Source: Patescibacteria group bacterium (lineage in GTDB: Bacteria; Patescibacteriota; Minisyncoccia; Phycocordibacterales; Phycocordibacteraceae). Taken from it: 64,000 bases of DNA. Each line of letters begins with the position of its first letter. Position 1 is the stretch's first letter. The DNA is taken from contig JANLHF010000039.1 of the NCBI GenBank assembly GCA_024653825.1, forward strand, positions 6,945 through 70,944, in the 5' to 3' direction. Below, in pieces: positions 47,165 to 57,227 of this stretch. The translations under genes and the position numbers were made by a program. The notes beneath the pieces are model-generated. The model ran no database searches. It was not told where the DNA came from and saw nothing but the letters and a program-made list of their open reading frames with translations.

Positions 47165-48838
47165 TCAGCGAGCGAATTGCTCCACGAACCGCCAGAGATA
47201 GCGGACGCCGAAGCCCGGTCCCGCACCATAGTTGTCCGCGTCGGTTTCGAATACCGCTGCGACATCCAGATACAGCCACGGCGTTGAAGGATCCCACTGC
47301 AGGAACCGCGAGAGGAAAATCATCCCCGCATGGTAGTGGTAGCCGCAGTCATTCACGAGGTCGCTCTCCGTGCCAGTGAATAAATCGCTCACGTTGTCGA
47401 AATGGTCGAGAGGCGGGAAGTGCAGCATCTTCTCGTGCGAATGGCTTTCGGCGACTCTCATCTTCCGTAGAAGTCTGTAGTCATTCGTCATGACCTTGAT
47501 AAAGTCAGGTCCGAAATCGGCCATATCGCAGAGCGTTGCCACTGTGACGACCGCGTCTGGCCTCACATGCTTCTCCGAATAAGCGAGCGCATCCGCGAGG
47601 ATGAGCCGGCCTTCGGCGTCCGTATTGGTGATTTCCACCGTCTGGCCATCGTACGCGGTAATGACGTCGTTCAGACGGACTGCGTTTGGGCCGATCGCAT
47701 TTTCGACGATAGGCAAGAGTGTAACGATCTCAACGGCGAGATTTGTCTCTACTGCAAGACGAAACACTCCTGCCACTGTTGCTGCGCCGGCCATATCGTA
47801 ATGCATACGATCCATCGTTTGGTCCGTCTTGAGATTGAGACCGCCGGTATCGAGGATGACGCCCTTTCCGATGAGCGAAACTTTCTTCATCCCCTCCGGT
47901 TTGTTTTTCGGTCGGTAATGAATCTTTAGCACACACGGTTCGTCACGGCTTCCTTGGCCGACGGCCGCAATGAGCCCAAAACCGGCCCTGCGTAGGGTCT
48001 CGACCCCGCTGATTATCTGGACCTGTACCCCCGGGCCGTATTGATGTCTTTTCACCGTGCGCCACGCGGACCCCTTGGAAGGGGCACGCAGGGCAAGCTT
48101 TGCTCCGAGCATACGTTCGACAAGAAGAAGGGGGGTTTTTTCGCTCGGCGGTAACTTAGTCAGTCCTCGGGCCTCGCTCACGGCTGTACCGATCTCGACA
48201 CCCGCTTCGACCGTACGCCTGAAGAAGTGCGTCGCGGTCTGCTGATGTTCGCCAAAATGGGTAAAGCACACGTTGGCGATCCGCGGCCGCGGTGACGCTT
48301 GATGAGTGTCAGGCGAGTTTGCCGTAACGATTGATTCCGTAAGCGTTTGCACGAAGGTTTCTTCCTCGCGCTCGCCTCGGGGGTCCTTTTTCAGATGCTT
48401 CGGATGGAAGCGTCCCGGGAGCACGATTGTGAATTCGGTATGTCCCATGTCCCGAAGCTTCTTCACCGCCTTATACATCTGGGCGCTGAGGGTCCGGTAG
48501 AAATAGATGCTGCCGAATCGGAAATGCGTTTTTCGGCTCTTCTCCGCACGCCACCTGCGACCGATGTAGACCAGGATCGCGGGGAAACGCGCCTCTCCTC
48601 GTGCGAGCGGGAAAAGGTGCGTCATATCGTCGACGATCTCGCGGTTTTTCTCGATACCAAGGCGCATCTCTTCGACTTCGGGGAATCGGGTGCTGATAAC
48701 CGTGTCAGGCTGTTCCTCGAATGCGAAGAATATGACGGGATGCCCGGGCGTAAATTCCATAGCGTCGTAAGTCTGGAATTCGAACTCAATCGGTGGTGGT
48801 GTCGGCGCCGGAGGCGCTTCGGGAGCACGGGTAGACAT
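47165..48838 (-). CDS. M17 leucyl aminopeptidase family protein
   Basis: GKGVILDTGGLNLK, DMAGAA, NTDAEGRLILAD. Confidence 0.9.
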   Translation of the reverse strand: MSTRAPEAPPAPTPPPIEFEFQTYDAMEFTPGHPVIFFAFEEQPDTVISTRFPEVEEMRLGIEKNREIVDDMTHLFPLARGEARFPAILVYIGRRWRAEKSRKTHFRFGSIYFYRTLSAQMYKAVKKLRDMGHTEFTIVLPGRFHPKHLKKDPRGEREEETFVQTLTESIVTANSPDTHQASPRPRIANVCFTHFGEHQQTATHFFRRTVEAGVEIGTAVSEARGLTKLPPSEKTPLLLVERMLGAKLALRAPSKGSAWRTVKRHQYGPGVQVQIISGVETLRRAGFGLIAAVGQGSRDEPCVLKIHYRPKNKPEGMKKVSLIGKGVILDTGGLNLKTDQTMDRMHYDMAGAATVAGVFRLAVETNLAVEIVTLLPIVENAIGPNAVRLNDVITAYDGQTVEITNTDAEGRLILADALAYSEKHVRPDAVVTVATLCDMADFGPDFIKVMTNDYRLLRKMRVAESHSHEKMLHFPPLDHFDNVSDLFTGTESDLVNDCGYHYHAGMIFLSRFLQWDPSTPWLYLDVAAVFETDADNYGAGPGFGVRYLWRFVEQFAR

Positions 48839-48946
48839 AGCGGAACCTCCTTGACCTTTCGTGAATGGAATGAGCTTGTATCCGTCGCGAGCATACCACA
48901 TTACGAAAAGAAAAACCGCCTCTCGTTGAGGCGGCGCGAAGGCATG

Positions 48947-49465
48947 TTACTGAATCGGCTGTTTGTCGAGAAGAGGGTAGTACTCGGGGCACTCTTTGTG
49001 CGGGATCACCATCAGTGGATCGTTCGCCATGACGAGCGACCTTTCCTCTTCGGTCATCTGCCGTAGATAGAAGAGTGTACAGCGGGGGTTTGTCTCGAAA
49101 CGTTGCAGAGAGACGGGAGTGACTTCTCCTGCCGTGTTAATGACAAAGGTCGGAAGACCCTCTCTGATGAACCATTGTGCGCTGTCGGCCACGTCGATAC
49201 CCATACGCCCATCGAGGAAGGGGAGCGCGACTACGCCGTCGCATTCGGGGAACACGACTTCATGGAAGTAGTTCATGAGGCCGGCGTCTGCGGAGTGTGC
49301 CCAGTGTCGGTACCCTTCTTCGTGTTCTGGCTCGTTCGGATTTTCGACCCGTTTTCTGGATATGTCGAAGTGTTTTGCGACTAGTGCGATAAGCGCCACT
49401 TCGAGCCGTGAACCATACACACTGACTGGGAGGGCAAGAAATGGGAAGAACAGGCGATGATCCAT
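48947..49465 (-). CDS. NDT-like protein, degenerate paralog of 49610-50212
   Basis: Shares VENPN.P.H.EGY, MNYF..V.P.CD..VA.PFLDGR.G and DP..V.PH with its neighbour. Confidence 0.6.
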   Translation of the reverse strand: MDHRLFFPFLALPVSVYGSRLEVALIALVAKHFDISRKRVENPNEPEHEEGYRHWAHSADAGLMNYFHEVVFPECDGVVALPFLDGRMGIDVADSAQWFIREGLPTFVINTAGEVTPVSLQRFETNPRCTLFYLRQMTEEERSLVMANDPLMVIPHKECPEYYPLLDKQPIQ

Positions 49466-49609
49466 TGCGATACCTCCACACTAGTAAGAGAACGACGAAG
49501 CGTTGATTCCGCGGACATACTAGCGCAGCGTTTTGATAAACACAATAAAAAACCGCCCGCCAACATTTACGAAGTTGTGGCGGGCGGCGTGCGCACATGC
49601 CGAATGCAG

Positions 49610-50212
49610 TTACTTTTTGTCGGGATAAAACCCTGGCGGAACGGGTAGGGAAACCAGGTGCGCCGTCTCGAAAGGGCGCTTCTCTTTGCCGTAGACGAGG
49701 AATGTTCGAAGGCGCGTTTCGATGTGAGGGACAACGAGCCGAGGATCGTCTGCCATGACGAGGATCTTTTCTTCTTCGGTCAGCGGTCGCGGTTTGAAAA
49801 GTCCGCTTTGGTGATTTTCCTCGAAGGCTCGCAGGGAGTCGGGAGTAATCGCATCTTTGTCGAAGTCCATCACGAAGACCGGCAGGCCCTCCGTAATGAA
49901 CCATTTCATTTCGCCTGCAACGCCGAGCCCCACGCGGCCGTCGAGAAATGGCATTGCCACGCAGCTGTCGCATTTAGGCAACACTTCGTCGTAGAAGTAG
50001 TTCATGCCCTTATGATTCGTGGCCGCTAGGCTGGCGCGTTTGGCGTACAGTGTGTAGCCCTCTTGATGGTGCGGCTGATTCGGATTCTCGACACTTTCCT
50101 CGCAGATCTTGAACTGGTCGGTGAGGGCCTTTACCCAGGAGACTTCAAGTCGAGTGTCGTACGAGTTTACTGCGTGCGCGAAGTACGGTCGCATAAGTCT
50201 TTTTTCCATCAC
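49610..50212 (-). CDS. Nucleoside 2-deoxyribosyltransferase/N-glycosidase-like protein
   Basis: YFAH, NP, CD.CVA, G.GVAGE...GLPV pattern. Confidence 0.55.
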   Translation of the reverse strand: MMEKRLMRPYFAHAVNSYDTRLEVSWVKALTDQFKICEESVENPNQPHHQEGYTLYAKRASLAATNHKGMNYFYDEVLPKCDSCVAMPFLDGRVGLGVAGEMKWFITEGLPVFVMDFDKDAITPDSLRAFEENHQSGLFKPRPLTEEEKILVMADDPRLVVPHIETRLRTFLVYGKEKRPFETAHLVSLPVPPGFYPDKK

Positions 50213-50260
50213 TACTCCTTATCGGTTGTTTGACGAAAGACTGCTCATTCCGCGGGCACT

Positions 50261-50890
50261 CTAGCGCGCCCGTTTAACCCTGTCGAGTGCGACCGCGACC
50301 TCGTACGCCTTTCGCGCGCCATTGATCGCAGTGTGCACCGCCGGTTCCGGTTCGATGTTGAGCGTCCGTAGCAGATGGCTATTCCGCATGCTGTAGTCCG
50401 CAGGTTCGAAGGGCTCATTCGGAACGAGGAGTTCCTGAACTGCCATCGAACGATTGTCGAGTCGAGCGTAGTGGAAGTACTTTGTCTGCAATTCTTCTTG
50501 CGAGATGTTGTTCCACGCGAAGGCGGTCGACAAGAAATTCCAATCGAAGAAAAAATTCTGCCCACGCAGTACCGCAACACCCGGCGCCACATACCACGTG
50601 ACGAAGTTAAGGAACATCCGGAGGCCGTCAGTAAGAGACACGGCGGTGTTCCATTCTCCGCGCGCGGCGCGTGCCGGATAGTGGTTGATGAGATCGGGCA
50701 GACAACGCTCAGGATGTTCGGAGCGTATTTTAATCTCGCCTTCCTCGATGCACTGCAAGGTTTTCGAATCAGCGAGTACCCATCCCATGTCGATAATCTC
50801 GTGCCAAGGAATGAGTGTGTCGTCGACGCGTTTCAATGGGTCGTGCCCGGTTGTTTCCAGATCAAGAAACAGAAAAGGATATGTACGCAT
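50261..50890 (-). CDS. DEDDh 3'-5' exonuclease
   Basis: LDLETTG, EI, QN..FD, HTAING (last Asp replaced by Gly). Confidence 0.8.
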   Translation of the reverse strand: MRTYPFLFLDLETTGHDPLKRVDDTLIPWHEIIDMGWVLADSKTLQCIEEGEIKIRSEHPERCLPDLINHYPARAARGEWNTAVSLTDGLRMFLNFVTWYVAPGVAVLRGQNFFFDWNFLSTAFAWNNISQEELQTKYFHYARLDNRSMAVQELLVPNEPFEPADYSMRNSHLLRTLNIEPEPAVHTAINGARKAYEVAVALDRVKRAR

Positions 50891-50902
50891 TTTGGGACCT
50901 CT

Positions 50903-51466
50903 CTAATTGGTCAGACAGAGGGCTGCGATGAAGACATTCATCACTATTGCACCCCAAGGAACGAAGGTATTCGCGAAGTCGCGTTTCTCCGCTCCGAGAA
51001 TTGCGAGCAGACACGCGACGACCATGAGAAGCCAGAGCCACAGCGTGTCTGGCTGTGGCTTGTCCCAGTACTGCGCCATGAGCGGTACAAAGGCGACATA
51101 ACGAGCAGTCATGTATGCCCAGAGTGCCCGACGCGCGGTCTGAGAGATCCAGAGCCAGACCGTAACCCCGAAGAACAGAACCGATAGTGTTTCGGTCAGC
51201 CCCCAGCCGATCTGGTTGTCGTTCATCAGTACCGCAGAGAGGACGAAGAGGCCCGCTGCCGCCCACCCGAGTTGCAGGAACGGCTTTGTATTGCCGTCCT
51301 TAATAACAAGTATCAGCCCCAGGGTGTCCAGAGCCATACTCATTCCCCACGTGGCTGCGCTCTGCGGGACGTGGTGTACGTAGAGCATCCAGGCGAAGAG
51401 CACACAGATGCCGAAACTCAGTAAACCGCTTGCCATGACTGCGCAAGTCTTCCATATCCTTTTCAC
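50903..51466 (-). CDS. Multi-TM membrane protein (possibly PQ-loop-like)
   Basis: About 6-7 hydrophobic segments, GAGGAGG SD, GTG start. Confidence 0.7.
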   Translation of the reverse strand: MKRIWKTCAVMASGLLSFGICVLFAWMLYVHHVPQSAATWGMSMALDTLGLILVIKDGNTKPFLQLGWAAAGLFVLSAVLMNDNQIGWGLTETLSVLFFGVTVWLWISQTARRALWAYMTARYVAFVPLMAQYWDKPQPDTLWLWLLMVVACLLAILGAEKRDFANTFVPWGAIVMNVFIAALCLTN

Positions 51467-51583
51467 CTTGTACCTCCTCGGTTCTCGTCTATAAAATGAA
51501 CTGTAACCCGCCGGGAGCTTACCACAAAAAAATGGAAACGTGATAGCATCCGTCCGGACAGAACCATCAAAAAGGAGCAGCGA

Positions 51584-52540
51584 ATGAATCCCCATATCGA
51601 AGACATCCTGAACGCAGGAGCATACGGACGCGATGTGTGTGTGAACGGTAGGAAACTTACTGAATACGCGCGACGGTGGTTGGGAGAAGAACTACGAATT
51701 CCCGAATGGCGTGAACCCGTGTTTCCGGAAGATGACGAGACGTTCGTACAACTCATCGGCGTCGCTAATGCAATTAACTTCTGCTTTCGCGATCCGGTGA
51801 CCAAACGGCTGTATGAGACGGAGTATCGCGGAGTGAAATGGCGCGGCGCCTTCGGCATGTTCGCGGCGCTAAAACGCGCCCATGAATCGGGCCTCGCCAT
51901 TCTCGACCCACATTATCTGTTGCAGGTGAGTGGCGTCGGTCTGGAACGAATATTCGGCACCAATCCTTCGATGCCGCTTCTTCATGAAAGGGTGCGGTGC
52001 TTATTGTCTGCCGGCCATATGCTGCATCTGTATGCGGGCGGAAAATATAAGGAATTTTTCCAGAGATGTCAGTACCTTGCATTCAACAAAGGCAAGGGCA
52101 TCGTCGAGAGGCTTTCTAAATATGATCCGCGTTACCGGGATGTTTCCTTCTATGCTCCTACCTCACGACGGCTCGTGTTCAACAAACGGGCGAACTTGTT
52201 CCTGATGATGTATCAGGGGAGGGCGCTTGCTTCGGGTGGAAAGTTGCCACTAATCGAGGATGCCGACGACTTCACCCCTCCGGCTGATTATCATGTGCCG
52301 CGCGTGCTTCGACACCTCGGCATACTTGAATATTCGGCTGAGCTCTCGCACGCGGTGGACGAGGGTCTCGAGATCCCTGCGGGCAGTCAGTGGGAACAGG
52401 AGATTCGTATACAAACAGTGGTTGCGATGAGCAAATTGTGTGAGCAGAGCGGGAAGTCGATCGTCGCGATGGATGCGAAGGTCTGGAGCCATCACGGCTT
52501 CGCACGGCCCCAACACATCACAACGACATCCGCGTATTGA
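51584..52540 (+). CDS. Queuosine salvage family (DUF2419/Qng1-like) hydrolase
   Basis: NAINFCF, ER, RD, KRANL, ADYHVPRVLRHLGILEYS, EQEIR. Confidence 0.85.
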   Translation: MNPHIEDILNAGAYGRDVCVNGRKLTEYARRWLGEELRIPEWREPVFPEDDETFVQLIGVANAINFCFRDPVTKRLYETEYRGVKWRGAFGMFAALKRAHESGLAILDPHYLLQVSGVGLERIFGTNPSMPLLHERVRCLLSAGHMLHLYAGGKYKEFFQRCQYLAFNKGKGIVERLSKYDPRYRDVSFYAPTSRRLVFNKRANLFLMMYQGRALASGGKLPLIEDADDFTPPADYHVPRVLRHLGILEYSAELSHAVDEGLEIPAGSQWEQEIRIQTVVAMSKLCEQSGKSIVAMDAKVWSHHGFARPQHITTTSAY

Positions 52541-52624
52541 AACTACCCACGAGGTGTCACCTCGGGAAAAAGAAAGGGCTCGCTTCTCCCGGAGGAGGAA
52601 GCGAGCCCAATTTGTTCAAGGAGC

Positions 52625-55426
52625 TCAGACCGAGTCGGGCAGGAACTCATCCCACGGGAACGGTTCCCCGGACGTGAGATATTTCTGCACCGTCGTCGGA
52701 GTCAGATGCACGACGCTAATCTCGCCGGCATCGGGGCCTTCAGCAGGCAATCCGATGAAGGCAACGCCCGCATTGTTCTCGGCAAGGCCGCCGGCGATTT
52801 CTGCAAAGCCGTCCGTATGGGTCGACGACGGTCCCATCACATAGACATCACCTCCCGCGAACGCTCCCGCGAAGAAGTGCTTGTCGCCCGTGATGTGAAC
52901 AATCGACTTCTCGTCGAGGACGGACGAAGGATTCCCGCGTGCGCGGTTCACCGCCACCCAGCCATGCAGGACGTCTTTCCAGCTGTCGCGTTTCGGCGGG
53001 GTGCCACTTATGTGGAGTCCCCACTCGTAGCCGTCGCCGACCTTCAGCGTGCCGTAGGCAATCCCCAGGTCCTGGAAGAGTGGCCAACGGATGAGGCGGT
53101 CGAGATCGAGACCGGCAAGGTCCGGATCGCCCGCGAGCCTCATACGCAAGATTTCCGCAACGATCGCGCCCTCGTGGAGCATACCGTCGGTCGTCTTGGT
53201 TGCGTGATTGCCGGAGCCGAAATTGATGACCCCGACGTCGCGCATATCGTTCGGTACGTTCGAGAAGTCGCTGACGCCTCTCACCACAACTTTCGCCCGT
53301 TTGGCCGCAAGGAGAATTCCCTTGAAGATATCGGGGTACGGCCGGATGAGCCCGTGGAAGAGCTCCTGGAACTGTCCGGTCAGATAATCCGGCGGACGGC
53401 TCTTCACTTGGTCCATTAGTTCGCGATACAGTTTCCTTTCTTCTCCCTCGCGCACCTTCAGATCACGAATCGTACGGATACGTCTGAGCTTCTGCTCGTT
53501 GTCCGCAAGAATTTCCGCGAACGATCGCCAGTGATAATGCGGGCGCATATGCGTGCCGAAGTGGTTGCCGTGCAGGATGTCGTCGCAGACAAAGAGTCCT
53601 GCGACCGGCGTTGCACCACCTCTGCTTAAGCCCGACTTCTGCATCAGCTCAAAGACCGCCTCAGTGAGGCCGATTGGCATACCGGAGGGGCGATGCAAGA
53701 ATACCCGCATCGATCCGCCGAAGTGCATATCGGTCGCCACCATTAGCCACAGCTTGTCTGCTGGAGCCGGAGAAGGCCCGCGTCGTGGCGCGCTTATTTT
53801 GCGTACCGCTTCTGCCGAGATGAAGTCAGGCGTGATGCCGAGGTCTGAATCAATCTTGATGACGAGCATCCCCCCGTTGAACATGGGGTCAGCCACCGCC
53901 TTCACGACGGGAAGCTTTATGCGAGTGCCACGTGTCCTGTCGAGGATAGGACCCTTATCGATGAGCATCGGCGCTTCGACGAAACCGACCGTGCCGAGCA
54001 TCGAACCACTCAGGTAATTCTCCCGGGAAGTCTTCCGCATGTAGACGGAACGCGGATGCGATACCACGGTCAGGGAGGGCAGGTTGCCTTTCCGTTGCGC
54101 GGGGCCGTAGCTGCCGAGTTCATCGTAGTACGGATTGTTGCTGTCACCGCCGGAGACGAACTTGATGATACTCGCGTTCTTGCCGAAGATGACATGCGCC
54201 GAGTTCTGATCGATGACCTTCGTATTCGGCATATGCTTCTCGATCTCGTGGATCAGGTACGAAAGCGCCTGGTCGTAGACGCGTCTGTTTTGCGTCGGGT
54301 CGAGGTTCGTCATCCGCATACGGCTCACGAGCCGGGACGCATCGCGCGACTCACCTTCGACTTCTTCGTACGCTCTTTGGGCCTCATTCATGGCGGTCTT
54401 GGAGCCACTGTGTCGAGTGTCAGTCAGGTAGACGTGCGCTTCGGCCGCAAGCTTTGCTCGTACATTTGCTTCGGCTTCAGCCTCACGCAGCTCCTGATTC
54501 TGCAGGTAGAGCAGTTCGAAGTACGCCATACGTCGTACCAGCCCGAGTTCATCGGGACTAAGTACGATATACACCGGACCATCGAATTCAGGTCTCCCAT
54601 CAGGGCGAACCATAATCTTGTACCATCCCCGCAGAAGGTCTTTGAACCGTTCGTAGGCGGTGGTGAAGATCGGTCCGAACTCGCCCTTTTTGAGGATTTC
54701 GGCTACGCGGTCGCGATAGTTTGCTGCCATTGACTCGATGTCAATCTCAGTACCGGTCACGAGGTCGTCGAGAAGCCGGTTCGGACCAGTCGTCTTCTGC
54801 CAGGTGAGGCGGAAGAGGCCCCCGCTAATGACGAGTGCATCGCACCGCATCTTCCGTGCTGCCGAAATGCCGGAGCGCGTGAGATTACGTACGATGTCGG
54901 GGTCATACGCGAGGCCGAGCTGAGGCGCCGAGATGAGTGCGATGCGGAACCGATCCGATTTGTTCTTAGGGAGCGCATGGAAGGGTTTGCTATGACTCGT
55001 TTCTTCGAGCGAGTACGGCGGTGCGTCGGTGAACGGCACGCGGAGAATGCCCGGCAAATTTACCGTCTCTTCGCGCGGTGCCGAAGTGCGCCCCTTCATG
55101 TCTTGAAACTTCGCTTCCACGACCCACTCTGGCGGTACGGTACGATTACCTAATTGCTTTTTGAGCACCATATGGAGTTTGGCCGAGGAGTACTTGGCCT
55201 TTACTGCGTGCACCAGAAGATCCTTCCGGTCTTCCCAGAAGATGGCGTCGAGCTCCGCATAAAGACGGGTCTTCGTGATTTCATCCCTATGGGTAGATAG
55301 CGCAGCAGGCAGTTCCTTGATGAGCGTCTTGCGCAGAATATCGAGACTTACCGGAGGACGCTTGAGTCGCATCTTCGCTTCGATCTTGTCCGTAATCCAG
55401 CTGTTGAATGCTTTTATCGTAGACAT
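52625..55426 (-). CDS. 933-aa protein with calcineurin-like metallophosphoesterase domain(s) and coiled coil
   Basis: C-terminal TDMHFG, DDILHG, GNH, GDKH; degenerate N-terminal copy. Confidence 0.6.
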   Translation of the reverse strand: MSTIKAFNSWITDKIEAKMRLKRPPVSLDILRKTLIKELPAALSTHRDEITKTRLYAELDAIFWEDRKDLLVHAVKAKYSSAKLHMVLKKQLGNRTVPPEWVVEAKFQDMKGRTSAPREETVNLPGILRVPFTDAPPYSLEETSHSKPFHALPKNKSDRFRIALISAPQLGLAYDPDIVRNLTRSGISAARKMRCDALVISGGLFRLTWQKTTGPNRLLDDLVTGTEIDIESMAANYRDRVAEILKKGEFGPIFTTAYERFKDLLRGWYKIMVRPDGRPEFDGPVYIVLSPDELGLVRRMAYFELLYLQNQELREAEAEANVRAKLAAEAHVYLTDTRHSGSKTAMNEAQRAYEEVEGESRDASRLVSRMRMTNLDPTQNRRVYDQALSYLIHEIEKHMPNTKVIDQNSAHVIFGKNASIIKFVSGGDSNNPYYDELGSYGPAQRKGNLPSLTVVSHPRSVYMRKTSRENYLSGSMLGTVGFVEAPMLIDKGPILDRTRGTRIKLPVVKAVADPMFNGGMLVIKIDSDLGITPDFISAEAVRKISAPRRGPSPAPADKLWLMVATDMHFGGSMRVFLHRPSGMPIGLTEAVFELMQKSGLSRGGATPVAGLFVCDDILHGNHFGTHMRPHYHWRSFAEILADNEQKLRRIRTIRDLKVREGEERKLYRELMDQVKSRPPDYLTGQFQELFHGLIRPYPDIFKGILLAAKRAKVVVRGVSDFSNVPNDMRDVGVINFGSGNHATKTTDGMLHEGAIVAEILRMRLAGDPDLAGLDLDRLIRWPLFQDLGIAYGTLKVGDGYEWGLHISGTPPKRDSWKDVLHGWVAVNRARGNPSSVLDEKSIVHITGDKHFFAGAFAGGDVYVMGPSSTHTDGFAEIAGGLAENNAGVAFIGLPAEGPDAGEISVVHLTPTTVQKYLTSGEPFPWDEFLPDSV

Positions 55427-55549
55427 CTGATTCTCCTTTCAAGTCAAGGATCAAATTTCACCCTGCGAGCAGGATACTCCGCGTATATAAATAAAGAAAG
55501 CGGTGTTTCGTCCTCTTGACGAAACACCGCTTCGATAGCAAAAAATTCG

Positions 55550-55831
55550 TTACTCGAGCCCGATGACGGACAGCCCGTCGAATTGATTCTTTTCCATCAC
55601 GAGTCCTGCGAACTTCTGGAGTTCTGTTTCGGCGGCCCCCCAACACTGGACGACTACTGAGACCGTGGGGGATATCATCCCCGCGGGGTCTCTCATCACC
55701 TCGCCGATGAAAAGACCGTTTTTGACGAGGACGTCTGCCTTCCCGAGCAATGCCTGGAGTTCCGTGCGGAATTCCTCCAGCATCCTTTCATTGTCGGTAG
55801 AACTTGGCGCACTAAACACGATACTTGCCAT
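55550..55831 (-). CDS. Hypothetical protein
   Basis: SD, promoter and terminator. Confidence 0.65.
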   Translation of the reverse strand: MASIVFSAPSSTDNERMLEEFRTELQALLGKADVLVKNGLFIGEVMRDPAGMISPTVSVVVQCWGAAETELQKFAGLVMEKNQFDGLSVIGLE

Positions 55832-55955
55832 AACGCTTCTCCTTGGGTAAGTCCAGAGTGAAAATACCTCTCAACAGGGGTGGAGTCAAGGAATTCGGCA
55901 TTAATCAAACTAAGGACAGTTTACAAGTCATAGTGGGGGTATATTATCCACCTGA

Positions 55956-56678
55956 ATGTTCAACCTGAGGGAGGTTGTCGTTATGGATGAGACAAGAGAA
56001 ATATTGGTGGTTCCCGCTAAACCGAAAGACGTGAAAGAAGAAGCGCGTTTCCAGAACTTGAACGGCAGGGGATTCGTGCGCGCCGAGACGGCGGGGTATC
56101 AGTGGTACCTGCTCGTGAATGAAGCCTGCGAGAAGTCGAAATTGCCGGTCGATAATTTGGTGCGGGAATATCTCGGCGCGATGCTTCATCGTTTTATGAC
56201 GCGCGCGGGGCTGTTCAAGGATCTGTCTTCCTTCAACTTCTATCAGCACATGCTCGGGATACCGAAGACCGTTCCGGTTTGTCTTCAGGAAGTTGCCGAT
56301 ATCTGTCTCCAGTACGTCGCCTTCTTCCCAGAGCAGAGCGGGTATCGACACCAACCGCGAACTGTTGAGCATGTCGCGAATATGGGGACGAGTCTGTATT
56401 ACGAGCTCGCGAGAGCGTCGATGGGGAAGGACGACTTTTTCAGTCGCGCGCTTCAGCTGATGCCCAAATCATTCGGTCGCTCAGTCATGGTGCTCCGATC
56501 TGTGTGTCCGAGGTTCGCACATCGCAGAACCATTGCCGCGGAATGGGAACGTCGGCGTCAAGCGACATGCGTCCCGAGCGTTGCTGGGAAGCAATTGAGT
56601 TTCCCGGGCCAGGTGATGAATTACGTGCATCTCCAATCTGACGATACCCCGATGGTTTCAGGCAGTTTGAAGAACTAA
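55956..56678 (+). CDS. Hypothetical protein
   Basis: 240-aa ORF; start may be about 55983 after GGAGG. Confidence 0.7.
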   Translation: MFNLREVVVMDETREILVVPAKPKDVKEEARFQNLNGRGFVRAETAGYQWYLLVNEACEKSKLPVDNLVREYLGAMLHRFMTRAGLFKDLSSFNFYQHMLGIPKTVPVCLQEVADICLQYVAFFPEQSGYRHQPRTVEHVANMGTSLYYELARASMGKDDFFSRALQLMPKSFGRSVMVLRSVCPRFAHRRTIAAEWERRRQATCVPSVAGKQLSFPGQVMNYVHLQSDDTPMVSGSLKN

Positions 56679-56783
56679 TAAGGAGTTTCAATAGGCGCTT
56701 ACTTCGGCGCCTATTTTCTTTGATATGAAAAAACCACACCTGGCGGGGCATGGCTTTGAGGAACAGGGTGGCTTGCGCTGTAC

Positions 56784-57080
56784 TCAGCGGCTAGATCGGT
56801 TTTGGACTCCGACCGCGGCGTTTATCAGGCGCTCGGTCTCCGGCTCGTTGAGCGGTACGACATACTGCGGGTCGTGTCCGAGGGGGCCATCGGGCTCCCA
56901 CTCGCTGTCCTTCTGGAATTGGTACTCCTGGAGGACCTCTCCTATGTCGTCGTTTGGCCAGACGCCGAGGTCGAATCCGTCGATAGTGCCGACCGTGTAC
57001 TTTTGGGTCGCGGTGGCTTCGTTCACGAGATCGCGGATTTTTTCGGCCACGGTCTTTCCTACGGGAGTGTATCGGCGCAT
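56784..57080 (-). CDS. Hypothetical protein
   Basis: AAGGAG SD, TTGACA promoter. Confidence 0.6.
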   Translation of the reverse strand: MRRYTPVGKTVAEKIRDLVNEATATQKYTVGTIDGFDLGVWPNDDIGEVLQEYQFQKDSEWEPDGPLGHDPQYVVPLNEPETERLINAAVGVQNRSSR

Positions 57081-57227
57081 GAGTGCTCTCCTTGGTTGGG
57101 TCTGTTTCTTATATATCACGACAAGACTATACTGTCAACCACCCCCCACGACCACATTCATTGACAGGAGCCCAGAAATCAATTTTACTCACCATGGATA
57201 TAGTTCAATGACAAAGGGGAGTTCGCT

